Part shown: positions 36,905-46,580 of the stretch, piece after piece
How the letters are laid out: each line of letters begins with the position of its first letter
Numbering within the stretch: position 1 is the stretch's first letter
NCBI GenBank assembly: GCA_965250155.1
Contig: OZ252291.1
Coordinates: forward strand, 2,125,669 to 2,189,668
Direction: 5' to 3'
DNA from: Gemmatimonadales bacterium
Lineage (GTDB): Bacteria > Gemmatimonadota > Gemmatimonadetes > Gemmatimonadales > GWC2-71-9
DNA length: 64,000 bases
Notes under the pieces: generated by a model
The model's input: only the letters and a program-made list of their open reading frames with translations
Told to the model about the DNA's origin: nothing
The model's database searches: none
Translations under genes and position numbers: made by a program

Positions 36905-37463
36905 ACAGCTTCGGCAACGTCACCCCTTGTTGCGCCTGGTACTTCCCCTTCTTGTCCTCGTACGACACTTCGCATTCATCATCCCGGTCCGCCTCGAAAA
37001 ACAACACTTGGGCGATGCCTTCGTTGGCGTATACCTTGGCGGGGAGAGGTGTCGTATTGGAGATCTCGAGCGTAACGTGCCCCTCCCACTTAGGCTCGAA
37101 CGGAGTAACGTTGGTGACGATACCGCATCGTGCATAAGTACTCTTCCCGACGCATACGGTCAGCACATTGCGGGGAATGCGGAAGTACTCCACCGACCGG
37201 GCCAGGGCGAACGAATTGGGTGGGACTATGCATACGTCGCCCTCGAACTCGACAAAGGAACCCGCCTCGAAATTTTTTGGGTCGACAATTGCCGAATTGA
37301 CGTTCGTGAAGATCTTGAACTCACTCGCGACTCGCATGTGGTACCCGTAGGAAGACACACCGTAGCTGATGGCACCGGAGCTGATTTGCCGGTCCGCGAA
37401 CGGCTCTATCATGCCTTGTTCCAGCGCCAGCTTCTTGATCCATCGGTCAGACTTGATCGACAT
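36903..37463 (-). CDS. dcd: dCTP deaminase
   Basis: [53 protein letters not shown]. Confidence 0.93.
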   Translation of the reverse strand: MSIKSDRWIKKLALEQGMIEPFADRQISSGAISYGVSSYGYHMRVASEFKIFTNVNSAIVDPKNFEAGSFVEFEGDVCIVPPNSFALARSVEYFRIPRNVLTVCVGKSTYARCGIVTNVTPFEPKWEGHVTLEISNTTPLPAKVYANEGIAQVLFFEADRDDECEVSYEDKKGKYQAQQGVTLPKL

Positions 37464-37601
37464 TATGATTCACGTGGGTTGTGTTGGGAAAACTCAAGCC
37501 GTTTGGCTATGCTGTGAGGCAATCGACCACGTTGCTACAGGTAGCCATCGGCGGGCCCGTAAAGATACGGTGTGGCATCGGTTACGCTACTTGAGCGCCG
37601 C

Positions 37602-37630
37602 TTGACCCTCGTAGGGCCCTTAGGTAGTTT
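37602..37630 (+). promoter_or_regulatory. Sigma70-type promoter of the nuo operon
   Basis: TTGACC-N17-TAGTTT. Confidence 0.7.
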
Positions 37631-37641
37631 TTTGCCCAACA

Positions 37642-37657
37642 CGTGAAAATTTTCACG
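37642..37657. promoter_or_regulatory. Rex-like operator
   Basis: Perfect palindrome CGTGAAAATTTTCACG matching the GTGAA-N4-TTCAC core, between the -10 box and the nuoA ATG. Confidence 0.7.
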
Positions 37658-37669
37658 AGCTAACGGGCA

Positions 37670-38026
37670 ATGATTCAAGAATACATCCCGATTCTGCTCT
37701 ATCTCGGGTTCGTAGTTGCCACTGCCATCGGCATGTTGGTGTTTTCCCATATCTTGTCGCCCCGCCGCCCCACAAAAATCAAGGCCTCACCCTACGAATC
37801 CGGCATGCCCCCGTTGGGAAGCACCCGGGAGAGGTTCAGTGTTAAGTTCTACCTCATCGCGATGCTGTTCATCGTGTTCGACATCGAGGTGGTGTTTCTG
37901 ATCCCGTGGGGCGTTCAGTTCAGGCAACTGGGTCTCACCGGGTTCGTGGCTATGGCTATCTTTATCCTGGTCCTCGAGGTCGGCCACGCGTACGCGTGGA
38001 AGAGAGGGGCCCTCGAATGGGATTAG
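37670..38026 (+). CDS. nuoA: NADH-quinone oxidoreductase subunit A
   Basis: [25 protein letters not shown]. Confidence 0.95.
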   Translation: MIQEYIPILLYLGFVVATAIGMLVFSHILSPRRPTKIKASPYESGMPPLGSTRERFSVKFYLIAMLFIVFDIEVVFLIPWGVQFRQLGLTGFVAMAIFILVLEVGHAYAWKRGALEWD

Positions 38027-38646
38027 ACCAACAGGAGCGGAGCGACTCCGGCGGCACCGAATCCGTCGTATCGTCGATTTCGCCTAATTGGGTTACCACC
38101 AGGCTCGACTTCCTGGTCAACTGGGGTCGATCAAACAGCTTGTGGCCCATGCCTTTCGGGACGGCCTGCTGCGCCATCGAGTTCATGGCGACGGCCGCGA
38201 GCCGGTACGACTTGGCGCGCTTCGGCATGGAACGGATGAGTTTTTCGCCGCGGCAGGCCGACGTCTTGCTCTGCGCCGGACGCCTTCCCTTCAAGCTGGC
38301 GTCGGTAATTCGCCGGATTTACGACCAGATGCCGCAACCCAAATGGGTGATTTCGATGGGGGCGTGCGCTTCCACCGGGGGTATCTTCGATAACTACGCA
38401 ATGGTGCAGGGCATCGACACGGTGATCCCCGTGGATGTGTACGTACCGGGCTGCCCTCCTCGTCCTGAAGGGCTCCTATATGGCATTCTGATGCTGCAGA
38501 AAAAGGTCCGCGGGGAAACGCTTGCCGACAGTTCCTTGCGGGACGAGCAGGAGCTGGATGGCCAGGGATTGCGGCTCCCACCGAGTTTGGTGGACGAACT
38601 CTCGGAGCCCTTCGGTAACTCCATCCATCAAACCCGTTCAGGGTAA
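38017..38646 (+). CDS. nuoB: NADH-quinone oxidoreductase subunit B
   Basis: [25 protein letters not shown]. Confidence 0.96.
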   Translation: MGLDQQERSDSGGTESVVSSISPNWVTTRLDFLVNWGRSNSLWPMPFGTACCAIEFMATAASRYDLARFGMERMSFSPRQADVLLCAGRLPFKLASVIRRIYDQMPQPKWVISMGACASTGGIFDNYAMVQGIDTVIPVDVYVPGCPPRPEGLLYGILMLQKKVRGETLADSSLRDEQELDGQGLRLPPSLVDELSEPFGNSIHQTRSG

Positions 38647-38651
38647 TCCCA

Positions 38652-39275
38652 TTGAATCCCACAGTTCAGGCGCTCCGGAGCAAATTCCAGGGGGCGATCG
38701 GCCGCGCTGCCGTGTCCTGTGGCGACACCATCGTCTACGTGAAGGCAGCCAACCTCTCTGAAGTGATGGCGTTTCTCAAAGAGGGGCCCGACCAGGAATA
38801 CAACTATCTCGTCGACATCACCGCCGTCGAATATCGGGATCCTGAGCGCCCGCTGGAGATGGTGTACGAACTTTTCTCGTTGGCACGTCGGGCGCAACTG
38901 CGCGTCAAGGTGGAGCTCGATAAGTCCGACGAACTCGTCGTCGATTCGCTGGTGCCGTTGTGGAACGGGGCGAATTGGTTGGAAAGGGAGGTCTTCGACA
39001 TGTTCGGGGTGCGGTTCGCCGGTCATCCCGATCTGCGGCGCATCTTGATGTGGGAGACCTATGCTGAGGGCCATCCGTTACGCAAGGATTTCCCGTTGCG
39101 GGGACGCTTTTCCCGTGCCGAGCAGGTGCGTCAGGCGTTGAACGCAAACCCCGAAGCCCACTATTCCATGGAAGAGATTTCCATCGCTCAGGCATACCAC
39201 GAAATTCCAGCGGAGATGCGAGAGCGGCTCGCGCGAGGTGAGCGGGGAAAGATTGCCGAGCCGGAGAACTCCTGA
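38652..39275 (+). CDS. nuoC: NADH-quinone oxidoreductase subunit C
   Basis: [31 protein letters not shown]. Confidence 0.95.
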   Translation: [207 protein letters not shown]

Positions 39276-39277
39276 CG

Positions 39278-40582
39278 ATGGGCACGAAACGCACGATCGA
39301 ACTTGAGGTCGCCACGTCCGGCGTCGACGCACAGGGGAAAGCCGCCCGGGTTCCCCTGGGGGTTGCAGACCAGACCGGCGTCGGGATCCTGACCGATCGG
39401 GAAGAGCCCGCACTCGGTGGCGACCACATGCTGGTGAATATCGGTCCCCAGCACCCCGCAACCCACGGTGTTCTGCGTTTGGTGGTGGAACTCGACGGGG
39501 AAGTGGTGGTGCGGGTCATTCCGCATATTGGGTACTTGCACAGTGGGTTTGAAAAACTCGGCGAGTACCGCTACTACAACCAGATCGTGCCGCTCACCGA
39601 CCGGATGGACTATCTCGCGCCGATGTCCAACAACGTGTGTTTGGCTCTGGCGGTCGAAAAGCTGATGGGCATCGAGATCACGGAGCGCTGCAAGGTTCTT
39701 CGGGTCATCGCCTGCGAGTTGAGCCGGATCATCTCGCACCTCGTGTGGTTGGGTACGACAGCGATCGACCTCGGGGCCTTCACCCCGTTCCTCTGGTGCT
39801 TTCAAGAGCGAGAGCGGGTTTACAACCTCCAGGAGATGTGGACGGGCGCCCGGCTCACGACGAGCCTGACTCGGGTTGGCGGATTGATGGCCGATATCCC
39901 CGACGGGTTCACTGAGGGAGTGCGCGAGTTCTGCTCCACCTTCCCGAAGACGATGGACGAGACAGATCGCTTGCTCACGCGCAACGGCATCTGGTGCGGG
40001 AGAACGCAAGACATCGGCATCTTGACCGCCGAGGAAGCGATCAACTACTCGCTGTCGGGTCCTATGTTGCGGGCGAGCGGCGTGCCGTACGACGTGCGGA
40101 AAGACCGACCGTACCTCGACTATGAGACTTACGATTTCGAGGTCCCCGTCGGTGAGAAGGGCGATGTGTACGACCGCTATTTGTGCCGGTTCGAAGAGAT
40201 GCGCCAGTCGGTACGGATCCTCGAGCAGGCGCTCGATCGTCTCCCGGACGGTCCTATCAACGTGGATGATTCCCGTGTGTCGCTTCCGCCGAAATCAGAG
40301 GCGATGAACGACATGGAGGCGATGATCTTCCACTTCAAGCAGGTGATGGAAGGGATCGAGGCGCCGGTGGGCGAGGCGTATATGCCTATAGAAGGACCGA
40401 AGGGCGAGCTTGGCTACTACTTCGTGTCAGATGGAACTGCCAAGCCGGTGCGATTCCGGGTCCGACCCCCGGCGTTCATCAATCTCGCCTCGCTGCCTAA
40501 AATGGCCGAGGGGCACTTGCTGTCTGATTTGATCGCAATCAACGCGAGCGTGGACATTGTAATGGGAGAGGTGGATCGATGA
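39278..40582 (+). CDS. nuoD: NADH-quinone oxidoreductase subunit D
   Basis: GPQHPATHGVLR, GYLH, DRMDY, GEVDR. Confidence 0.96.
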   Translation: MGTKRTIELEVATSGVDAQGKAARVPLGVADQTGVGILTDREEPALGGDHMLVNIGPQHPATHGVLRLVVELDGEVVVRVIPHIGYLHSGFEKLGEYRYYNQIVPLTDRMDYLAPMSNNVCLALAVEKLMGIEITERCKVLRVIACELSRIISHLVWLGTTAIDLGAFTPFLWCFQERERVYNLQEMWTGARLTTSLTRVGGLMADIPDGFTEGVREFCSTFPKTMDETDRLLTRNGIWCGRTQDIGILTAEEAINYSLSGPMLRASGVPYDVRKDRPYLDYETYDFEVPVGEKGDVYDRYLCRFEEMRQSVRILEQALDRLPDGPINVDDSRVSLPPKSEAMNDMEAMIFHFKQVMEGIEAPVGEAYMPIEGPKGELGYYFVSDGTAKPVRFRVRPPAFINLASLPKMAEGHLLSDLIAINASVDIVMGEVDR

Positions 40583-40655
40583 CGGGAAGTGAGATAGACG
40601 GACGGACAGTTGGACGGAGGCGGCGTACGACTGCGCATCTGTTGAGAATGATGTA

Positions 40656-41150
40656 ATGGAGCAGACTGCCGCATACTCGCAGGTTTTCGTCGGCGACAAT
40701 CGTAAGCGCTTGGATGAGGTACTGGCGCGCTACCCAGCCAAGCGGGCTGGGCTGCTTGCGGCGTTGTGGATGGTACAGGAGCACCACGGTTGGGTTTCCG
40801 ACGAAGCCATGGCCGAGACTGCCGATGTGTTGGGGCTGACGCCTTCCTACGTCAAGGGCGTTGTCACTTTTTACACGATGTACCACCAGCATCCGGTGGG
40901 TAAGACCTTCGTGCAGGTTTGTACCACCACTCCATGCAACATTTGTGGCGCCGAAGGCGTGGTGGAGGCCTTTCTCGAGCATACAGGCTGTGGCGATCTT
41001 GGCGCGACGTCGCCGGACGGAAAGTTCACGGTGATACAGGTGGAATGTCTCGGCGCGTGCGGATTCGCGACGCCGGTGATGATGAATGAAGACGTGATCG
41101 AGGGCGTGACGCCCGAAAAGGTGCCCGACCTCGTGAAGCAATACTCCTGA
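40656..41150 (+). CDS. nuoE: NADH-quinone oxidoreductase subunit E
   Basis: TFYTMY, CTTTPC, ECLGAC. Confidence 0.94.
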   Translation: MEQTAAYSQVFVGDNRKRLDEVLARYPAKRAGLLAALWMVQEHHGWVSDEAMAETADVLGLTPSYVKGVVTFYTMYHQHPVGKTFVQVCTTTPCNICGAEGVVEAFLEHTGCGDLGATSPDGKFTVIQVECLGACGFATPVMMNEDVIEGVTPEKVPDLVKQYS

Positions 41151-41152
41151 CT

Positions 41153-42469
41153 ATGGGATACCCACACAAGCCACACGAGAAGGAGACGGTCATCCTCAGC
41201 GAATACTTCGGCGATGCCGAAGCACGTTCGTATGATGGCTGGGTGAAGCGCGGCGGCTACAAGGCCTTGAAAGCCTCGTTGGGGATGCAGCCGGCTGAAG
41301 TCGTGGAGATCGTCAAGAGTTCCGGGCTGCGCGGTCGCGGCGGAGCCGGATTCCCGACCGGCGTGAAGTGGTCGTTCATGCCGAAAGAGAAATCCAAGCC
41401 TCACTACCTCTGCTGTAATGCAGACGAAGCAGAGCCTGGCACGTTCAAGGACCGGGAGATCATGCGGTGGACACCTCATGCCTTGATCGAGGGGTGTGCC
41501 ATAGCCCAATACGCGATCCAGGCAGAGATCACGTACATCTATATAAGGGGCGAGTTCACGGAGCCCCTGCACATCATGCAGGCCGCATTGGACGACGCGT
41601 ACGGGAACGGTGTGCTGGGTGACAATGCCATGGGCAGCGGGCAGCGGCTGGATATGTATATCCATCGAGGGGCCGGAGCGTACATCTGCGGCGAGGAAAC
41701 CGCGCTCATGAATTCCATCGAGGGCCAGCGTGGCAACCCGCGCATCAGGCCGCCGTTCCCGGCGGCATCCGGCGTGTTCGGTATGCCCACGACGATCAAC
41801 AATGTCGAGACGTTGGCCGCCGTGCCGCACATCGTCAACCGCGGCCCCGAATGGCACAAGGGTCTCTCGCTGAACAACGAGAAGAGTTGCGGCACGAAGT
41901 TGTTCAGCGTCGCGGGACACGTACAGCGACCCGGCAACTACGAAGTCACAATGGGTTTTCCGCTAGGTGAGCTCATCAACGATCTCTGCGGTGGTATGCG
42001 TCAGGGACGGACGCTCAAGGCCTGCATACCCGGTGGCTCATCGGTGCCCATGCTCAATAGAGAGGAGACCGAGAGCTGCTTGCTCGATTACGAAGGCTGT
42101 GTGGAAAAGGGCACGATGCTGGGGTCCGGTGGCGTGATCGTGTTTGATGACAGCGCGAACATGGTGTATCAGACCATGCTGCTGGCCCGCTTCTATGCGC
42201 ACGAGTCGTGCGCTCAGTGCACCCAGTGTCGCGAAGGAACCGGGTGGACCGTTCGCATCCTCGAACGGATTTTGGCCGGTCAAGGTGAGCAAAAGGACCT
42301 GGATCTGCTGTTGGACCTCGCGGATCAAATGACGGGCAAGACGATTTGTGTGCTGTCTGATTCGTGTGCAGCCGTAGTCATCAGCGCAATCAAGAAATTC
42401 CGCAACGAGTTCGAAGCCTACATCGCCGGCACACGCGAGCCCGCGGTGGTCGCGGCAGGGGTGGGGTGA
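41153..42469 (+). CDS. nuoF: NADH-quinone oxidoreductase subunit F
   Basis: GRGGAGFPTG, NADEAEPG, YICGEETAL, ESCAQCTQCREG. Confidence 0.96.
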   Translation: MGYPHKPHEKETVILSEYFGDAEARSYDGWVKRGGYKALKASLGMQPAEVVEIVKSSGLRGRGGAGFPTGVKWSFMPKEKSKPHYLCCNADEAEPGTFKDREIMRWTPHALIEGCAIAQYAIQAEITYIYIRGEFTEPLHIMQAALDDAYGNGVLGDNAMGSGQRLDMYIHRGAGAYICGEETALMNSIEGQRGNPRIRPPFPAASGVFGMPTTINNVETLAAVPHIVNRGPEWHKGLSLNNEKSCGTKLFSVAGHVQRPGNYEVTMGFPLGELINDLCGGMRQGRTLKACIPGGSSVPMLNREETESCLLDYEGCVEKGTMLGSGGVIVFDDSANMVYQTMLLARFYAHESCAQCTQCREGTGWTVRILERILAGQGEQKDLDLLLDLADQMTGKTICVLSDSCAAVVISAIKKFRNEFEAYIAGTREPAVVAAGVG

Positions 42470-42474
42470 TATCT

Positions 42475-44049
42475 ATGGCAGATCAGGAACTCGTCACACT
42501 AACTATCGAGGGGGTCGAGGTCAGTGTTCCCAAGGGAACGATGATCTTGGAGGCTGCCAAACAAGCGGGGGTGTTGATACCGCACTATTGCTATCACCCG
42601 GGCCTCCCGATTGCCGGCGTGTGCCGTATGTGCCTCATCGAGGTCGAAGGGACGCCGAAGCTGCAGATCGGCTGTGCGATGGAGGTGGCGCAGGGACAAG
42701 TCGTCAATGTGTTCGGCGATGAGGCGCTCAAAGCCAGAGAGTCCGTGCTGGAGTTCTTGCTCATCAATCATCCTCTCGATTGTCCCATTTGCGATCAGGC
42801 TGGGGAATGCGAGCTGCAAAACTACGTGTTCCAGGAAGGCCGATCCAACACCAGGTATGCCGAGTACGCCAAGCGGTTCAGTCCGGTGGAGGATTTCGGT
42901 GGGGATGTACTTTACGTGCCCAATCGCTGCATTCTGTGCACGCGTTGCGTGCGGTTCATGGAGCATGTCGCTGACGAACCGGTACTCAACGTCAGTGAGC
43001 GAGGTGACCGTGCTTTCATTGGCATCCATCCGGACGCGACGCTAGACCACGAGTGGGCCGGAAACGTGGTAGACCTCTGTCCGGTCGGCTCTCTGATTTC
43101 CAAGGATTTTCTTCACAAGGCCCGGGCCTGGGAGCTCGACAGAACGCCGAGCGTGTGCACCGGCTGCTCCCAGGGCTGCAACATCAATATCGATACGCGA
43201 AGCGATGTGGTGGTTCGCGTCAGGCCGAGGCCCAACCCTGAAGTAAATCGGCATTTCATCTGCGATACCGGTCGCATGCATTATCGCTGGATGAATCGGG
43301 GAGACCGCATCGAGGCCCCGTTGATATCGCGGGGCGGAGAGCTGCAGGCGGCAGATTGGGATCACGCGCTCAGCGAGGCGGCGCGACTCGTGAGCGGCTC
43401 GAGTGGACGGGCGGTAGTGCTGGTTTCTCCGAACGCGTCTAACGAGGCGATGTTCCTTGCCAAGAGGCTCGTGGCCCAGTTCACAGCGACTCTGTCTTTC
43501 CGGGTGGAGCGGGTGGACGGTGAGATTCCGCTCAGCGGCGTGCCTGGCTTGGCGCTTCGAGCCGAACGTGCGGCGAACGTAGCCGGGGCGACGGCGTTGG
43601 GCTACCGAGACGACTTCGACGCTGCAGTGCAGGCCATCGAAGGGGCCTCCCTCGTCATTGTGGTGGACGATGATCTCGAGGGTGTGAGCCGCGAGGCGCT
43701 CCAGAAGGCGGTCAACGCCGTGTACCTCGGCACGGTTCTGCCGGATACGGCGCGGCGAGCGAGCCTGGTCCTGCCCGTGGCAAACACTGCAGAAGAAGAC
43801 GGCACGTTGGTGAATCGCGACGGGCGCGTGCAGCGGTACCTGCAAGCCAAGCCTGCGCCCGGCATGGCGCGACCGGCTTGGTGGGTCTTGGGGGAGGTGC
43901 TCAAAGAGCTAGGCCGGGGCGAGTCGCTGTTCAGCGCCGACGAAGCGTTTGCGCTGGTGGCGGAAGCCGAAGGTCCGTTCCGAGGACTCAGCTATGCGAA
44001 CCTCGGCATGCACGGAAGAACTGTGTCTGAAGCGAGAGTGTCGGTGTGA
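42475..44049 (+). CDS. nuoG: NADH-quinone oxidoreductase subunit G (short form)
   Basis: CYHPGL..CRMC, HPLDCPICDQAGEC, CILCTRC, CTGCSQGC. Confidence 0.93.
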   Translation: MADQELVTLTIEGVEVSVPKGTMILEAAKQAGVLIPHYCYHPGLPIAGVCRMCLIEVEGTPKLQIGCAMEVAQGQVVNVFGDEALKARESVLEFLLINHPLDCPICDQAGECELQNYVFQEGRSNTRYAEYAKRFSPVEDFGGDVLYVPNRCILCTRCVRFMEHVADEPVLNVSERGDRAFIGIHPDATLDHEWAGNVVDLCPVGSLISKDFLHKARAWELDRTPSVCTGCSQGCNINIDTRSDVVVRVRPRPNPEVNRHFICDTGRMHYRWMNRGDRIEAPLISRGGELQAADWDHALSEAARLVSGSSGRAVVLVSPNASNEAMFLAKRLVAQFTATLSFRVERVDGEIPLSGVPGLALRAERAANVAGATALGYRDDFDAAVQAIEGASLVIVVDDDLEGVSREALQKAVNAVYLGTVLPDTARRASLVLPVANTAEEDGTLVNRDGRVQRYLQAKPAPGMARPAWWVLGEVLKELGRGESLFSADEAFALVAEAEGPFRGLSYANLGMHGRTVSEARVSV

Positions 44050-45257
44050 CGCCGGAGCTCAAGGGTTTTATTCTCCTTTCGTTGATCAAGATCATCGTCG
44101 TGTTCTCGGTGATGATGGTGGGCGTGATGATGGTCATCTGGATGGAGCGACGGGTCAGCGCTTGGAAGCAGGACCGCTTGGGTCCCAACCGGGTCGGGCC
44201 CCAAGGGTTGCTTCAGTCGGTGGCGGACGGCATCAAGAATTTTGCTAAAGAAGAGCTGTGGCCGGCCCAAGCCAACAAGTTGCTCTTCGTGTTGGCGCCG
44301 GCCTTGTCGTTCATCCCTGCCATGCTCACGTTTGCGGTCATCCCGTTTGCGGCTCCGCTGCCCGTAAACTTCGATTTCACGGTGCCGATCCTCGGGCAGT
44401 TCGTTCATGCCGGCCCGATGCCCATGATGATCGCGGACTTGCCCATCGGCATGTTGTTCATCGTGGCGATTGGCAGCCTTTCCGTATACGGAATCGTGTT
44501 GGCTGGTTGGTCGTCCGCCAACAAGTATTCGTTGTTGGGAGGCCTGCGGGCGAGCGCCCAGATGGTGAGTTATGAGGTGGCCCTCGGCTTCAGCTTCGTC
44601 GGCGTGCTCATGCTGACCGGCAACGTCACCCTCCCGGAGATCGTGGCCCATCAGCAAGACTCTGTGTGGTTTGCGTTCGCGCTCACTCTGGGATTTATCC
44701 TCTTCTTCATAAGCAACCTGGCGGAAACCAATCGGCTGCCGTTCGACCTGCCCGAGACTGAGTCGGAGCTCGTAACAGGATTCCACACCGAATACAGCTC
44801 GATGAAATTTGCCATGTTCTTCATGGCGGAATACACCCATATCATCACAGGGTCGGCTCTCGTGGCCACACTCTTTCTCGGCGGGTGGGACATTCCGTTC
44901 ACGTCATGGGATTCCGGTGATCCGACGGTGTTGAAGTCGCTCCTGACCCTGGCGTTCTTCGTGATGAAGACGCTGTTCTTCATCTACGTCTTCATCTGGA
45001 TTCGTTGGACGCTGCCGCGATTTCGCTTCGATCAGCTCATGCAACTCGGTTGGAAGTTCATGCTCCCAGTGCTTCTGAGCTATATCCTGATTCTCGGTGC
45101 TACCGTTCTGGTGCTCGACGGCATCGGTTGGTCGAGCGGACTCCGCTACGGCGCGGCTCTGTTCGTCATGAACGCCGTTCTGGCATACATCGTGTTCTTT
45201 CTTCTCGACAACAACCGCCTGCTGTTAGGGCGCACGCACAGGGAGGTGGGAACCTAA
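44046..45257 (+). CDS. nuoH: NADH-quinone oxidoreductase subunit H
   Basis: ERR..Q-RLGPNRVGP, SYE, AETNRLPFDLPE, RFRFDQ. Confidence 0.96.
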   Translation: MTPELKGFILLSLIKIIVVFSVMMVGVMMVIWMERRVSAWKQDRLGPNRVGPQGLLQSVADGIKNFAKEELWPAQANKLLFVLAPALSFIPAMLTFAVIPFAAPLPVNFDFTVPILGQFVHAGPMPMMIADLPIGMLFIVAIGSLSVYGIVLAGWSSANKYSLLGGLRASAQMVSYEVALGFSFVGVLMLTGNVTLPEIVAHQQDSVWFAFALTLGFILFFISNLAETNRLPFDLPETESELVTGFHTEYSSMKFAMFFMAEYTHIITGSALVATLFLGGWDIPFTSWDSGDPTVLKSLLTLAFFVMKTLFFIYVFIWIRWTLPRFRFDQLMQLGWKFMLPVLLSYILILGATVLVLDGIGWSSGLRYGAALFVMNAVLAYIVFFLLDNNRLLLGRTHREVGT

Positions 45258-45763
45258 TGGCCATCACCATCGTGACGGTACGGCGACCGGAGGGCGATGT
45301 CAGCTATCTCAGGGCTACGCTGAAGGGTATGGCGTTGACGTTCAACCATCTCTTCCGCAAGAAGGTCACCATGCAGTACCCGGAACAGAAATCGGACGAT
45401 ACGTGGAAGATTTCGGCTCGCTGGCGCGGTACCCATCGCATGCTCACGGACGAACAGGGTCGGGCGAAGTGCGTGGCCTGCGGTCTCTGTCCGCAGGTGT
45501 GTCCCGCCAACTGCATCAAGCTGGTTCCAGGAGAAGACGAGGAGGGCAACCGCTACCCCCTCATTTACGAGATCGACGAATTCCGGTGCGTGTTTTGCGG
45601 CTACTGTCAGGAAGTCTGTCCCGAAGAAGCCATTCACGTCGGCGTGCATTACGAAAATGCCGAATACGAGCGGGAACGCTTCGTGTACGATCTGGAGCGG
45701 CTGTGTGCGCAGACACATCCGGTGTCCACCCTGTGGGATCCGTCCGATCCCAAGGGCGAATAA
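45257..45763 (+). CDS. nuoI: NADH-quinone oxidoreductase subunit I
   Basis: Two CxxCxxCxxxCP motifs. Confidence 0.95.
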   Translation: MAITIVTVRRPEGDVSYLRATLKGMALTFNHLFRKKVTMQYPEQKSDDTWKISARWRGTHRMLTDEQGRAKCVACGLCPQVCPANCIKLVPGEDEEGNRYPLIYEIDEFRCVFCGYCQEVCPEEAIHVGVHYENAEYERERFVYDLERLCAQTHPVSTLWDPSDPKGE

Positions 45764-45767
45764 AGGA

Positions 45768-46283
45768 ATGCTGGAAGCCGTTTTCTGGGGCCACGCTGTG
45801 ATCGCCATCGTATCCGCGCTGCTCTGCGTAACGCGGCGGAGTCCGGTGGCGAGCGCATTGTGGCTGATCATGACGTTGTTCGCGACAGCAGTAATGTTTC
45901 TGCTGCTGGACGCACACTTCATTGCCGCGCTGCAGGTGATGGTATATTCCGGCGCGATTATGGTGCTGTTCCTGTTCGTGATCATGTTGCTGAACCTGGG
46001 CGACCAGTCGGTGACGGACATGAAGGGATGGTTCGGCCGCATGGTTGGGTTGGCTTTGGGCGTGTTCGTGGCGGTGGAGCTGTGGGTGATCACGAAGGTG
46101 GCGCCTGTCGACCAAATTCGCCTACCCGCTGGCGAGTTGGACCGCATGACGGTCGACGAGGGTGTGATCGGCCTGGTCGCTCAGGCTCTGTACACCACCT
46201 ACCTGCTGCCCTTCCTGCTCACTGCTATTCTCTTGCTCGCGGCGATCGCGGGAGCCGTCGTCCTGGCCAAGCGGAGAGTCTGA
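45768..46283 (+). CDS. nuoJ: NADH-quinone oxidoreductase subunit J
   Basis: QVMVYSGAIMVLFLFVIMLL. Confidence 0.94.
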   Translation: MLEAVFWGHAVIAIVSALLCVTRRSPVASALWLIMTLFATAVMFLLLDAHFIAALQVMVYSGAIMVLFLFVIMLLNLGDQSVTDMKGWFGRMVGLALGVFVAVELWVITKVAPVDQIRLPAGELDRMTVDEGVIGLVAQALYTTYLLPFLLTAILLLAAIAGAVVLAKRRV

Positions 46284-46580
46284 ATGCTGCTCGGTCCTGC
46301 CCTCGGCGTTTCGGCGATTCTGTTCTCGATAGGCGTGCTCGGCGTGCTGATCAGACGCAACGCGATCATCATCTTCATGTGCGTCGAATTGATGCTCAAC
46401 GCCGTGAACCTGTCGTTCGTGGCGTTGGCACAGCAGCTCGGTACGGACGGTCAAGTGTTTGTCTTCTTTGTTATGACCGTGGCTGCAGCGGAAGCGACCG
46501 TGGGCTTCGCCATCATCATAGCGATCTACCGTCATAAGGAAACGCTCGACTTGCAGAACTTGAACCTGCTTCGAGGATAA
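46284..46580 (+). CDS. nuoK: NADH-quinone oxidoreductase subunit K
   Basis: [19 protein letters not shown]. Confidence 0.95.
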   Translation: MLLGPALGVSAILFSIGVLGVLIRRNAIIIFMCVELMLNAVNLSFVALAQQLGTDGQVFVFFVMTVAAAEATVGFAIIIAIYRHKETLDLQNLNLLRG

